A stretch of DNA of 64,000 bases from an uncultured virus (IMG/VR IMGVR_UViG_3300020442_002637) (taxonomy: Duplodnaviria; Heunggongvirae; Uroviricota; Caudoviricetes). This document shows, piece by piece, positions 30,773 through 40,440 of this stretch. The stretch's first letter is position 1, and every line of letters starts with the position of its first letter. A program made the translations under genes and the position numbers. A model generated the notes under the pieces. It had not been told where the DNA came from and searched no databases. It was given only the letters and a program-made list of their open reading frames with translations. Location: the IMG/VR virus record IMGVR_UViG_3300020442_002637; one strand, written 5' to 3'.

Positions 30773-31387
30773 ATGACCGATACATTAAAAGATAAAAGTG
30801 GAATACTAGTTCAAGGACATATTAAGATTTTCGACCCAGAAAGTCAAAAAGTCTTCGTTGATAAACGTAATGCTATTCATTATGAGAATATGAGTATAGC
30901 TTTAGCAGAAAGTTTATCAAATGCAGGCAAAGGCTGGATTTACGAAATGAGTTTCGGAAACGGTGGTACAAGTGTTGACCCTACTGGTATTATTACATAT
31001 TTGACGCCAAATAACACAGGAACGAATGCAAGTTTATATAACCAAACATATACCAAAGTAGTAGACGATAGAAGTATTAATAATGTTGATCCTGTGAGAA
31101 ATAAACTTGAAACTAGGCATGTAAGCGGAACAAATTATACTGATGTACTTGTTACTTGTCTTTTAGATTACGGTGAACCTTCAGGACAAGATGCTTTTGA
31201 CACTGCAACTGATGCTTCTAGTTTATATGTATTTGATGAATTAGGATTAAAAAGTTGGAATCCAGACGGAGCTGGAAATTTAATTACACATGTCATATTT
31301 CATCCTGTACAGAAAAGTTTGAATAGATTAATACAAATAGATTACACAGTTAGAGTACAAAGTCTTTCTGGACTAGCTGAGGAATAA
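30773..31387 (+). CDS. Putative baseplate/fibre-attachment structural protein
   Basis: Late motif upstream; lies between the giant protein and the fibres; FDELGL...IFHPVQKSLNRLIQIDYT. Confidence 0.55.
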   Translation: MTDTLKDKSGILVQGHIKIFDPESQKVFVDKRNAIHYENMSIALAESLSNAGKGWIYEMSFGNGGTSVDPTGIITYLTPNNTGTNASLYNQTYTKVVDDRSINNVDPVRNKLETRHVSGTNYTDVLVTCLLDYGEPSGQDAFDTATDASSLYVFDELGLKSWNPDGAGNLITHVIFHPVQKSLNRLIQIDYTVRVQSLSGLAEE

Positions 31388-31390
31388 TAG

Positions 31391-33403
31391 ATGTCATACA
31401 CTATTCCATATACAGACCAAGCAAATAAAGGTACAATAACTATTGAAGACGGGTCAATAAATCAAAGCACGTCTTTAAAGTTACCTGGTAGAAATACCAC
31501 TGCATATGGTACAGCTATTGCAGAAAACTTTTTACATTTATTAGAAAACTTCGCAAGTCCTACACAACCATCTACGCCTGTTGAAGGACAGCTTTGGTAC
31601 GATAGCACTCCTGGCGTTGAACAGCTGAAAGTGTTTGACGGAACCAATTGGGTACCATCAGGAGGATTAAAAAAAGCTACTACTGAACCTCAAGCTGGAC
31701 AAAGTTTACTTGGCGACTTATGGGTAGATACAGATAACCAACAACTATATTTGTATACAGGAAGTGGTTGGGTATTGGTTGGACCAAACTTTAGTGATGG
31801 ATTAGTAACTGGTGCAACACCTAGCACTGTAGTAGGTACAGATGATTTAACATATAATATTTTAAAAATAGAAGTTGCGGCACAGCCAGTTGCTATTATA
31901 GCAAATGATAGTTTTACGCCAAAAGTTACAATACAAGGTTTTTCAACTATTGTACCTGGTTTGAATCTTTCTACATTTAACTTAACAGGAGACGGTGTAC
32001 CTAAGTATATCGGTACAGCAGAAAAAGCTGAAAGTCTTATAGTACAAAATACAACTGTTGCGGCAGGAAATTTTTTAAGAGGTGACGTTGCAAGTACAAC
32101 ATCATTTCCTATTAATGTGCAAAACAATAGTGGAATAAATTACGGAATAAACAGTGAATTAAACATAGGTGTTGAAGGAAATGCAGGAATAATTCAACAT
32201 AATATTGCAGGTTCAAGTATTGATGTAAAAGTTAAAAATGACGGCATATTAAAAACAGCATTAAGAGTTGACAGCAATTTAAAAATAGGAATCAATAATG
32301 TTGCTCCTGAAGAAGCATTAGATGTCACAGGAAATATAAAAGCAAGTGGAGTTATTAAGAATACAGATACAACTCAAAGCACAAATTTTGGAACAGGAGC
32401 AATTACAACAGCAGGTGGTTTAGGTGTAAGCAAAAATCTAAACATTGGACAAGACTTAGATGTACTAGGAACAGTGCAAACAAGAAATATTGTTCCTGAA
32501 CAAAATAACCTAAGAGATATAGGATCTTCAACTTTAAAATACGCAAATATGTATGCTACTACTTTTGTAGGAAACTTAACAGGAAATGTAAGTGGTACTG
32601 TAAGTGGTAGAGCAGGGTCAGCAGATAAATTAACTAGTTCTTCAACTTTTAGAATTACCGGAGATGTTAGTGCGGCAGATTTAGTATTTGACGGTCAAAC
32701 CGGCGGCAGTTTGAAAACATTTACTACAAGTATAAGTAATGCTTTTGTAACTAGTAAACCTAATGTACAAGAATCACAAGGTGATGATGAATTTCTAATT
32801 AATAGAATAACCGGTGACACTGGACTTAAAAAAATAAACAGACAAAACTTATTAGCTGCGGTACCTGTAACACCAGTAGGAGTTGTTACACCTTATGCAG
32901 GTACAGCCGCACCTTTAGGGTGGGTATTATGTTACGGACAAGAACTTGCTATTGCTACATACACACAATTATTTGATGTTATTGGATATACCTATAATGC
33001 TAATCCTACATCAGGATATTTCTGCGTACCAGATTTAAGAGGCAGATTTCCTCTTGGCAAAGATGACATGGGCGGTACAGGAGCAGATAATGTAACCGAC
33101 TTGGCCGCAGACGTGTTAGGTGCTAAAGGCGGTAGTGAAGATGTTAATATCCAAGTAAATAATTTACCAGAACACAAACATGATCTTAGAGGTGATAGTG
33201 GCGATCAATATTATATTACAAGAGATGTATCTGGTACACCTAATGATAATGAAGCAATTATATTTGATGCACCAACTGGTGTAGGAGCAGGACAAGCATT
33301 ACCTAATAGTGGTGGAATAGAAACACAACAAGCATTAGGACAAGCAATGAATGTAATGAATCCATATATGGCTCTTAACTTTATAATATATGCGGGAGTG
33401 TAA
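31391..33403 (+). CDS. Tail fibre protein with C-terminal tail-collar domain
   Basis: PVGVVTPYAGTAAPLGWVLCYGQ...FCVPDLRGRFPLG...NNLPEHKH...NPYMALNFII. Confidence 0.85.
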   Translation: MSYTIPYTDQANKGTITIEDGSINQSTSLKLPGRNTTAYGTAIAENFLHLLENFASPTQPSTPVEGQLWYDSTPGVEQLKVFDGTNWVPSGGLKKATTEPQAGQSLLGDLWVDTDNQQLYLYTGSGWVLVGPNFSDGLVTGATPSTVVGTDDLTYNILKIEVAAQPVAIIANDSFTPKVTIQGFSTIVPGLNLSTFNLTGDGVPKYIGTAEKAESLIVQNTTVAAGNFLRGDVASTTSFPINVQNNSGINYGINSELNIGVEGNAGIIQHNIAGSSIDVKVKNDGILKTALRVDSNLKIGINNVAPEEALDVTGNIKASGVIKNTDTTQSTNFGTGAITTAGGLGVSKNLNIGQDLDVLGTVQTRNIVPEQNNLRDIGSSTLKYANMYATTFVGNLTGNVSGTVSGRAGSADKLTSSSTFRITGDVSAADLVFDGQTGGSLKTFTTSISNAFVTSKPNVQESQGDDEFLINRITGDTGLKKINRQNLLAAVPVTPVGVVTPYAGTAAPLGWVLCYGQELAIATYTQLFDVIGYTYNANPTSGYFCVPDLRGRFPLGKDDMGGTGADNVTDLAADVLGAKGGSEDVNIQVNNLPEHKHDLRGDSGDQYYITRDVSGTPNDNEAIIFDAPTGVGAGQALPNSGGIETQQALGQAMNVMNPYMALNFIIYAGV

Positions 33404-35335
33404 ATGAGTTATAGAATTAATAGAACTGATGGCGAACTGTTAGTAGACTTAACAGATGGTATTATAGATACCACTACTACTGATATAACTCTTATTGGCA
33501 AAAATTACAAAGGATTTGGAGAATACTTTAACGAAAATCTCGTAAAACTTTTAGAAAATTTTGCTAGTACTTCTCAACCTACAAATCCAATGGTTGGACA
33601 ATTATGGTATGATAAACAAGATCAAAAACTTAAAGTGTATGACGGTACAATTTTTAGATCATCATCAGGATCTTTTGTAAGTAGTTCGCAACCAAGTAAT
33701 TTGACAGCAGGTGATATTTGGATTGATAGTCAAGCAAATAAACTTTATTTGTTTGACGGAACTGATTTAGTTTTAGTTGGGCCTACTTATGATGCAGGGC
33801 AAGGAAAGACAGGATTTGAAACTGCTTCCCAATTAGATACAACTGATGTTCAACGTACAATTCTAAAATTATTTATAGGCGGTACATTGTTTGGTGTCTT
33901 TTCACCAGAATCATTTATTATTCCAACAGCATTTAGTATACCAGGTTTCAGTGCAGATCCTAATGATACATTTACACCAAAAAGACAAAGACTTTACAAA
34001 GGTTTTAATATTGCAAACTTAGATCAAGAAACAAGTACTTCAGGATTTTGGTGGAGAGGTGTTGCAACATCTGCTAAAGGTTTACTTGATGATACAGGAA
34101 ATACTAAATCAGCGGCTAACTTTTTACCCACAGATGCAAATGGTGTTACAACTGGAAGTTTAAGAATTAAAAACAGTGCAGGTTTAAGTGTGGGTGTTGG
34201 TGACACTGAATTTGGTATTTTAAAAATTGCAGGAAGCACTACTACTTTAGAAACACAACAAAGTAATGCTGATTTAGCATTAAGAGTTAGGACTGGTAGT
34301 AGCTTTTTAAATGCTGTATACATTGATGCGGATGTATCAAGAGTAGGTATTTTTAAAGCACAACCAACTGCTACACTAGATGTAAATGGAGATGTTACTG
34401 TACAAGGTAGTTTACTTGTTAAAGGTGATAGCACATTTATAAACGCTTCAACTTTAAGAGTTGAAGATAAAAATATAGAATTAGGATTACTAGACGATAG
34501 CACCGAAGGTAACGATGCCGCAATAGATGAAGGCGGAATAATACTTAGAAGTTCACAAGGATCTAAAGATTTTACATGGAGTAATGCAACAAAGTCTTGG
34601 ACAAGCAACCAAGATTTAAATTTAATAAGTACATCAGAAAATCCAGTTGCAAACTTAAAATTTGACGGCACAGATGTTTTAAGCAAAACAGAACTAGGAG
34701 CTACAGTCACATTAGCAACTGGAGTAACTAGAGTTGGTACCCTTACAGAATTAACAGTTGATAATATAAGCATAGATTCAAGCACTATAAGTAGAATTAA
34801 CGGAACAGGTTTGTCTATCACGGCAGGCGGCGATATTACAATTGATAGTCAAAAGATTACTGGTGTTGCTGATCCAGGATCAGCACAAGACGCTGCAACT
34901 AAAAATTATGTTGATACCCAACTTACATCGCAAGATATTCTGTTATCATTAGACATTACAGGTTTAACAGATCCTAATGATATTAACACAAGTAACGGAC
35001 CTACAAATAGCATTGGAGCGTTGTTACAAGCACTTAAACCATCAGGACAAGTGCAAGTTAACACATTTGCAAAGATTGTAACTGTGTCTTATAGTAATAC
35101 AGTAGTAAGTGGTATTAATATTACTGTAAGTCAGTCACCTGATTCAAGTGGAGTTTTGGAAAAATCAGTTATATCTGTACGTGACGCGGCTGATTCAGGA
35201 TCAGAAAGTGTTATACAAGATATACAAGCTAGTAATACAGCAAGTGGTGTTGCTAATTTGACAGCAACAAGATTTTTATATACATATCAGCAACAAGGAG
35301 GCAATTGGACGTTTATTAGTAGATCGTCAATTTAA
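33404..35335 (+). CDS. Tail fibre-like protein (paralog 2)
   Basis: Shared N-terminus GKNYKGFGE..NENLVKLLENF; fibre motifs VEDKNIELG and DAATKNYVD. Confidence 0.8.
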   Translation: MSYRINRTDGELLVDLTDGIIDTTTTDITLIGKNYKGFGEYFNENLVKLLENFASTSQPTNPMVGQLWYDKQDQKLKVYDGTIFRSSSGSFVSSSQPSNLTAGDIWIDSQANKLYLFDGTDLVLVGPTYDAGQGKTGFETASQLDTTDVQRTILKLFIGGTLFGVFSPESFIIPTAFSIPGFSADPNDTFTPKRQRLYKGFNIANLDQETSTSGFWWRGVATSAKGLLDDTGNTKSAANFLPTDANGVTTGSLRIKNSAGLSVGVGDTEFGILKIAGSTTTLETQQSNADLALRVRTGSSFLNAVYIDADVSRVGIFKAQPTATLDVNGDVTVQGSLLVKGDSTFINASTLRVEDKNIELGLLDDSTEGNDAAIDEGGIILRSSQGSKDFTWSNATKSWTSNQDLNLISTSENPVANLKFDGTDVLSKTELGATVTLATGVTRVGTLTELTVDNISIDSSTISRINGTGLSITAGGDITIDSQKITGVADPGSAQDAATKNYVDTQLTSQDILLSLDITGLTDPNDINTSNGPTNSIGALLQALKPSGQVQVNTFAKIVTVSYSNTVVSGINITVSQSPDSSGVLEKSVISVRDAADSGSESVIQDIQASNTASGVANLTATRFLYTYQQQGGNWTFISRSSI

Positions 35336-35344
35336 TTAGTTTGC

Positions 35345-35352
35345 GATAAATA
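35345..35352 (+). promoter_or_regulatory. Late promoter motif GATAAATA
   Basis: Intergenic, upstream of an AGGGG RBS and ATG 35375. Confidence 0.7.
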
Positions 35353-35374
35353 TACTTATAAACAGGGGTAAAAA

Positions 35375-36883
35375 ATGGCGTATACAATTAATAGATATAA
35401 TACCACCCAGTTAGCAGTAGTAGAAGATGGCACTATTGATCAAACTACGGATTTAAAGTTAGTAGGTAAAAACTACGCTGGCTATGGTGAAATACAAAAC
35501 GAGAATTTTATATTCTTATTAGAGAATTTTTCAGGTGCAAATCAGCCACCTAAAGCACTTAGCGGTCAAGTTTGGTTTGACAGCGGTAATAGTAAATTAA
35601 AATTTTATGACGGAACTAAATGGAGAACTACAGGTGGAGCAGAAGTATCCGGCACAACCCCAGCCGGTTTGTCCACTGGAGATTTTTGGTGGGATACTAC
35701 CAATGAACAGTTATACGCTTACAATGGTTCAACATTTGTCTTAGTTGGTCCACAAGGTGTTGGGGATTCCGTTACACAGTTCCAAAGTAGAGTTATTAGA
35801 GATGATACAGATACTAATAGAGCTGTAATTGTATCAGTAATTGCTGATGAAGTAGTACATATAATTAGTTCAGTTCAGTTTACTATTGGCACAACAGATG
35901 CTTCTGCATATCCAGGTTTTGATGTTGTACGACAAGGTATTACACTAAAGAATACACAGAATGCAAGTGGCGGAGCAACTACAAGTAGCCACAGATTTTA
36001 TGGTACTGCTTCTAATGCGGATAAATTAGGAGGCGTTGCGGCTTCTAACTATGTGCAAACTGCAAGTGCTAATTTTTCTAGTCTTGTTGAATTTGCCGAC
36101 AGTGGTGTATCAATAGGTGATTCTAATGATTTAAAAATCAAAATTGTAAGTGATGATAAAGGCCTAATTGCAAATGAGCAGGGCCAAGAAATTTTTATAC
36201 AAGTAAATAATTCAAGTTCAGCACAGAAAATGCCTGTAAGATTTACAGCTGGTGCAATTATGCCTGGCTATAATAATCTCACAGCATATTCAGGAAATGA
36301 AACAGTTGACATTGGCGGAGCATCTAACAAGTTTTCAACAATATATGCAAATACATTTAATGGTACTGCAACTGTAGCGACAGCATTAGACGTAGGCGGA
36401 AATAATAGAAGCGGTAGTGTAGCCCAGGCGGCAAACACTCTTGTTGTTAGAGACGGAAATGGAGACATTTTTGCAGGAAAATTATTTGGTACTGCAACTT
36501 CAGCTCAATATGCTGACTTAGCTGAAAAATATAGAGCTGACAAAGATTATGAGCCGGGTACTGTATTGGTATTTGGCGGTGAAGCAGAAGTAACAGAATC
36601 AGCTACATTTTGCGATACTAGACTTGCAGGAGTAGTGTCCACAGAGCCTGCACATTTAATGAACAGTGAGATAGACGGAGTAGCTATTGCACTTAAAGGA
36701 AGAGTCCCTTGTAAAGTAGAAGGACCAGTTAAAAAAGGTGATATACTTGTAACAGGAACTACTCCTGGCACAGCAACAGGATTAAAAGAAGATAGTGCTA
36801 TGCCAAATTCATTATGTGTCGTAGGTAAAAGTTTAGAAGACAGTGATGATGCCGGAATCAAAATGGTTGAAATAGCTGTCTAA
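35375..36883 (+). CDS. Tail fibre-like protein (paralog 3) with putative C-terminal intramolecular chaperone (peptidase G2-like)
   Basis: Shared N-terminus; C-terminal ADLAEKY...YEPGTV...GVVSTEPAHLMN...ALKGRVPCKV...KGDILV. Confidence 0.8.
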   Translation: MAYTINRYNTTQLAVVEDGTIDQTTDLKLVGKNYAGYGEIQNENFIFLLENFSGANQPPKALSGQVWFDSGNSKLKFYDGTKWRTTGGAEVSGTTPAGLSTGDFWWDTTNEQLYAYNGSTFVLVGPQGVGDSVTQFQSRVIRDDTDTNRAVIVSVIADEVVHIISSVQFTIGTTDASAYPGFDVVRQGITLKNTQNASGGATTSSHRFYGTASNADKLGGVAASNYVQTASANFSSLVEFADSGVSIGDSNDLKIKIVSDDKGLIANEQGQEIFIQVNNSSSAQKMPVRFTAGAIMPGYNNLTAYSGNETVDIGGASNKFSTIYANTFNGTATVATALDVGGNNRSGSVAQAANTLVVRDGNGDIFAGKLFGTATSAQYADLAEKYRADKDYEPGTVLVFGGEAEVTESATFCDTRLAGVVSTEPAHLMNSEIDGVAIALKGRVPCKVEGPVKKGDILVTGTTPGTATGLKEDSAMPNSLCVVGKSLEDSDDAGIKMVEIAV

Positions 36884-36888
36884 TTATT

Positions 36889-36896
36889 GCTAAATA
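36889..36896 (+). promoter_or_regulatory. Late promoter motif GCTAAATA
   Basis: Intergenic, upstream of ATG 36922. Confidence 0.6.
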
Positions 36897-36921
36897 AAAG
36901 TAGTACTTAAAGGATAAGAAC

Positions 36922-37869
36922 ATGGCAGTAGCAACCGGCGATAACATTACAGCGGCAGAGTTTAACTCATTACAAAGCAGAGTTTCGAATATCATGGGAA
37001 CAGGGTCAGGAGACTCTGGTTACGGACAAACACTAACTAGTGCTCAAGTAGCTGTAACTGACATAGTACAAGCTACTGATATGATAAATTTAAAGACCGA
37101 TATTGACAAAGCAAATAATCATCAGTCCGGATCAGATAGTTCTCTAGATGCTATCGCAACTGGAAAGATAATAGGTGCTGATGCAACTGGAGACGATACT
37201 GCTACACTTACATCTACAGACGGCGGCTTCAACGATTATGAAACAGCAGTAGCTTTGATTGAAACAAATAAACTGTTGTTAGACAGCGGAAATTCCAGCG
37301 TAGAAGCGGCAGAAAGCAGTAGTAGAACAACTGCATGGAACGGAACAATAACACATGATTTTGATGTTACTTTTGCAGATGAAAATCAACGTAGATTCTT
37401 TTTCAATGCAGGTGGAGAAATAAGGTTTTCTGCAAGTAGAACAGGAGGATCAACTTATTCAAAAAACACAGACTGGACTAATATGTTGTCAAACATGGGA
37501 ACTATTAAATTTGGTAGAACAGATACTACTTGCACAGGTACAGGTACAACTACCACAATAGGAAATTCAGATTTAACAGCAACATATCAAACTATTTTTA
37601 CTAAAGTTGGATCTGGTAATTATGCAGAAAATGAATACGAGATTCAAGCTAGATTTTCTACAGTAGACAGTCAAGATAAAGTTTTACAATTTACAGTAAG
37701 ATTTGAAGATAATGACGCAGGCGATCAGCAAGCCGGATCGAAGCCGGGACCTGCAGAAGATGAAGACGTCACTGGTACAATTACAAGCACAATTCAACAA
37801 TTAAGAGCAACAGGATCTAATGTTGAAGTTACAACCCCATCATATAATAACACATCAGAACTAGCTTAA
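36922..37869 (+). CDS. Putative virion structural protein (Thr/Ser/Gly-rich)
   Basis: Late motif and RBS upstream; beta-rich composition; RRFFFNAGGEIRF. Confidence 0.6.
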   Translation: MAVATGDNITAAEFNSLQSRVSNIMGTGSGDSGYGQTLTSAQVAVTDIVQATDMINLKTDIDKANNHQSGSDSSLDAIATGKIIGADATGDDTATLTSTDGGFNDYETAVALIETNKLLLDSGNSSVEAAESSSRTTAWNGTITHDFDVTFADENQRRFFFNAGGEIRFSASRTGGSTYSKNTDWTNMLSNMGTIKFGRTDTTCTGTGTTTTIGNSDLTATYQTIFTKVGSGNYAENEYEIQARFSTVDSQDKVLQFTVRFEDNDAGDQQAGSKPGPAEDEDVTGTITSTIQQLRATGSNVEVTTPSYNNTSELA

Positions 37870-37881
37870 TCCATATATTGC

Positions 37882-37910
37882 TTGACAAATAGGCTGTTTT
37901 AGTATATACT
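37882..37910 (+). promoter_or_regulatory. sigma70-type promoter for the glycosyltransferase operon
   Basis: TTGACA (37882-37887), 17 nt spacer, TATACT (37905-37910), then a GGAG RBS. Confidence 0.85.
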
Positions 37911-37932
37911 ATAGTCATATTGGAGATATATT

Positions 37933-38265
37933 ATGGATTCAAGATTAGATAAAGCACTAGAATTTAGTAATTATATGACTACCTTAAACAATCAAAAAAG
38001 ATTGTTATGGGAAAACTATCAACAAAACTTAGTGTATTACTTTAATGGCGGCAAATTTACAATTACTACCGACTTAATTTCTTTCCTAGAAGCGGTAAAG
38101 TATGACAGTTATGTTCTAATAGATGATAATAATTTACCAGTGAAAGTAGATACACGAAAATTTTTATTAGACATTAGGATTAAACACCAAAAAGCAACAA
38201 CAGAGTATTACGAAGAATATTCAAAAATCAAATCTAAAAGGAAAGTTGAGGATTTAATTGCATAA
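37933..38265 (+). CDS. Hypothetical protein (110 aa)
   Basis: Promoter and RBS upstream; TAATG overlap with the next gene. Confidence 0.75.
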   Translation: MDSRLDKALEFSNYMTTLNNQKRLLWENYQQNLVYYFNGGKFTITTDLISFLEAVKYDSYVLIDDNNLPVKVDTRKFLLDIRIKHQKATTEYYEEYSKIKSKRKVEDLIA

Positions 38266-39077
38266 TGACTTCTGGAGTATTACTTTTTGCATACAATAAT
38301 TCTCATATTGACTATGCTAAACACGCTATTTTTTGTGCTAAAAACGTAAAAAAATTTTTAAACTTGCCTGTATCACTTGTTACAGATTCAAAAAATTATC
38401 TACAAAAGCAGTACACTCAACATATAGATGTTTTTGATAGTATAATTGATGACAAAACGTCAACCGAGCAAATTAAAAAGTTCTATAACGGTAAGCAGTA
38501 TAAGAAACTAACTTGGAACAACCATAGCAGACCTAATGCTTATGACCTGACACCTTATGAAAAAACTTTAGTTATGGACACTGACTACATTGTATCTAAC
38601 AATAGTTTATTAAATTGCTTTGATGATGACAGAATAAAAATTACAAAAGATTTTGTCGATCTATGTAGTGAAAGAGATGACAAAACGCTATTACGAGTAA
38701 GTGATTATTCTATTCCAATGCTTTGGGCAACAGTATTTTACTTCTCAAAAGCCAGTAAAAGCAGTAAAATACTGTTTGACTTGATAAAACATATACAGGA
38801 AAATTGGAATTTTTATAGATTACAGTATCAAATTGTGGGAAAAAACTATAGAAATGACTTTGCATTTTCTATAGCATTGCATATAATGTCTAATCCACAA
38901 GTAGACTTACCGGGCACACATTATTATACTACTGATAGAGATAAGTTATACAAGGGAAATGGAAATTCATTTCAATTCTTTCTTGAAAATCAAACAGCAT
39001 GTGGCATTCATAATCAAAATATTCATATGATGAACAAATTTGATTTAAACGAACATATTGATAAGGTAATGCAATGA
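38265..39077 (+). CDS. GT-A fold glycosyltransferase (GT8-like)
   Basis: YDLTPYEKTLVMDTD (DxD motif), WATVFYF, RNDFAFSIA. Confidence 0.7.
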   Translation: MTSGVLLFAYNNSHIDYAKHAIFCAKNVKKFLNLPVSLVTDSKNYLQKQYTQHIDVFDSIIDDKTSTEQIKKFYNGKQYKKLTWNNHSRPNAYDLTPYEKTLVMDTDYIVSNNSLLNCFDDDRIKITKDFVDLCSERDDKTLLRVSDYSIPMLWATVFYFSKASKSSKILFDLIKHIQENWNFYRLQYQIVGKNYRNDFAFSIALHIMSNPQVDLPGTHYYTTDRDKLYKGNGNSFQFFLENQTACGIHNQNIHMMNKFDLNEHIDKVMQ

Positions 39078-39895
39078 GTAAAGGATTCTGTTTAATAGCT
39101 CAGAATAATGAAACAACAGATTATGTAAAACAAGCATGTCTGTTAGCAGTAAGTATACACAAATATTCAAAAAATCAATCTGTATCTATTATTACAAATG
39201 ATAAAATACCAAAAAAGTATCAAGTTTTGTTTGATAAAATTATACCAATTAAGGATGATGAAGCAAAACACAGCGATTGGAAATTAGAAAACAGATACAA
39301 ACTTTATGATTTGACACCATATAATCAAACCATTGTTATGGATGTAGATATGATTATGACTGGAGACATTTCTCATTGGTGGAAATATCTAAAAAATTAC
39401 AATTTGTTTTTTGTATCCAATGTAACTACTTACAGAAATGAAAAAATAAAATCTAATTACTATAGAAAAACATTTCAGGCAAATGATCTACCAAATATTT
39501 ACTGCGGTATTTTTTATTTTAAAAAAAATAAATTTTCAAAAGCATTTTTTAATTTATTAGAAGTAATTACACATAATTGGGAAAAATTTTACAGTGAATA
39601 TGCACCCGTATACAAACAAAAATGGTACAGTATGGATGTTAGCTGTGCTATTTGTTGTAAAATATTAGGTATAGAAAAAGAAATTACTGATAAAAATAAT
39701 TTTATTACTTTTGTCCATATGAAACCCCATATTCAGGGATGGGCAAATGTGCCGTTAAAATGGACAAATGTTTTAAATTGGCAAATTAACAAAAACAAAC
39801 AACTTTACATAGGAAATTATTTGCAGAATAATGTTTTTCATTATACTGAAGATGAATTTTTAGACGAAAAAATTATAGAGGCATTAGAAACATGA
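39074..39895 (+). CDS. GT-A fold glycosyltransferase (GT8-like), paralog
   Basis: YDLTPYNQTIVMDVD (DxD motif), YCGIFYF, HMKP, FHY. Confidence 0.7.
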   Translation: MSKGFCLIAQNNETTDYVKQACLLAVSIHKYSKNQSVSIITNDKIPKKYQVLFDKIIPIKDDEAKHSDWKLENRYKLYDLTPYNQTIVMDVDMIMTGDISHWWKYLKNYNLFFVSNVTTYRNEKIKSNYYRKTFQANDLPNIYCGIFYFKKNKFSKAFFNLLEVITHNWEKFYSEYAPVYKQKWYSMDVSCAICCKILGIEKEITDKNNFITFVHMKPHIQGWANVPLKWTNVLNWQINKNKQLYIGNYLQNNVFHYTEDEFLDEKIIEALET

Positions 39896-40440
39896 TTTTT
39901 TGTGCAATTTTTGATATGAAAACAGGAAAAGTTACAGGTATTTCTAACAATCCTGATCCAACTAGTACTCATGTTGAAATATCAAGAGAATTATATTCTA
40001 AATTTGTAAATGTAGAAGAAGATATAAACAATTATATTGTTATCAATGAAAATAAAAAGTATCAAATTATAAAAAAAGGCAAGGAATTTGTCGAAGAAGT
40101 TGCAAATGAAAATGTAATACCTTTAAAAAAGTTTTTCAAGTTACAAGACTCTATGAACATATTTCAAATTGTACAAGATAAAGAAAGATGGTATGCATAT
40201 GGAAAATTTACAGATGACTATATGAAATATTTGATCACAAATCCAAATCTTTTTGCTAGAGATAGAATTTTATACTTAACAGAAAAAAATGATGCAAGGA
40301 AACTTTTAGAAACATGCCAAATCTCAGCCGAAAAGTTTATTGATAACAGTGTTCCTAGTTTAAATATTAAAACTTCTAAGCAAGTGGACATATTCATGTC
40401 TAGTTCAGATTTAGAATTTATACATGTGGTAATGAAATGA
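39892..40440 (+). CDS. Hypothetical protein (182 aa)
   Basis: ATGA overlaps with both neighbours; no motif recognised. Confidence 0.7.
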   Translation: MIFCAIFDMKTGKVTGISNNPDPTSTHVEISRELYSKFVNVEEDINNYIVINENKKYQIIKKGKEFVEEVANENVIPLKKFFKLQDSMNIFQIVQDKERWYAYGKFTDDYMKYLITNPNLFARDRILYLTEKNDARKLLETCQISAEKFIDNSVPSLNIKTSKQVDIFMSSSDLEFIHVVMK

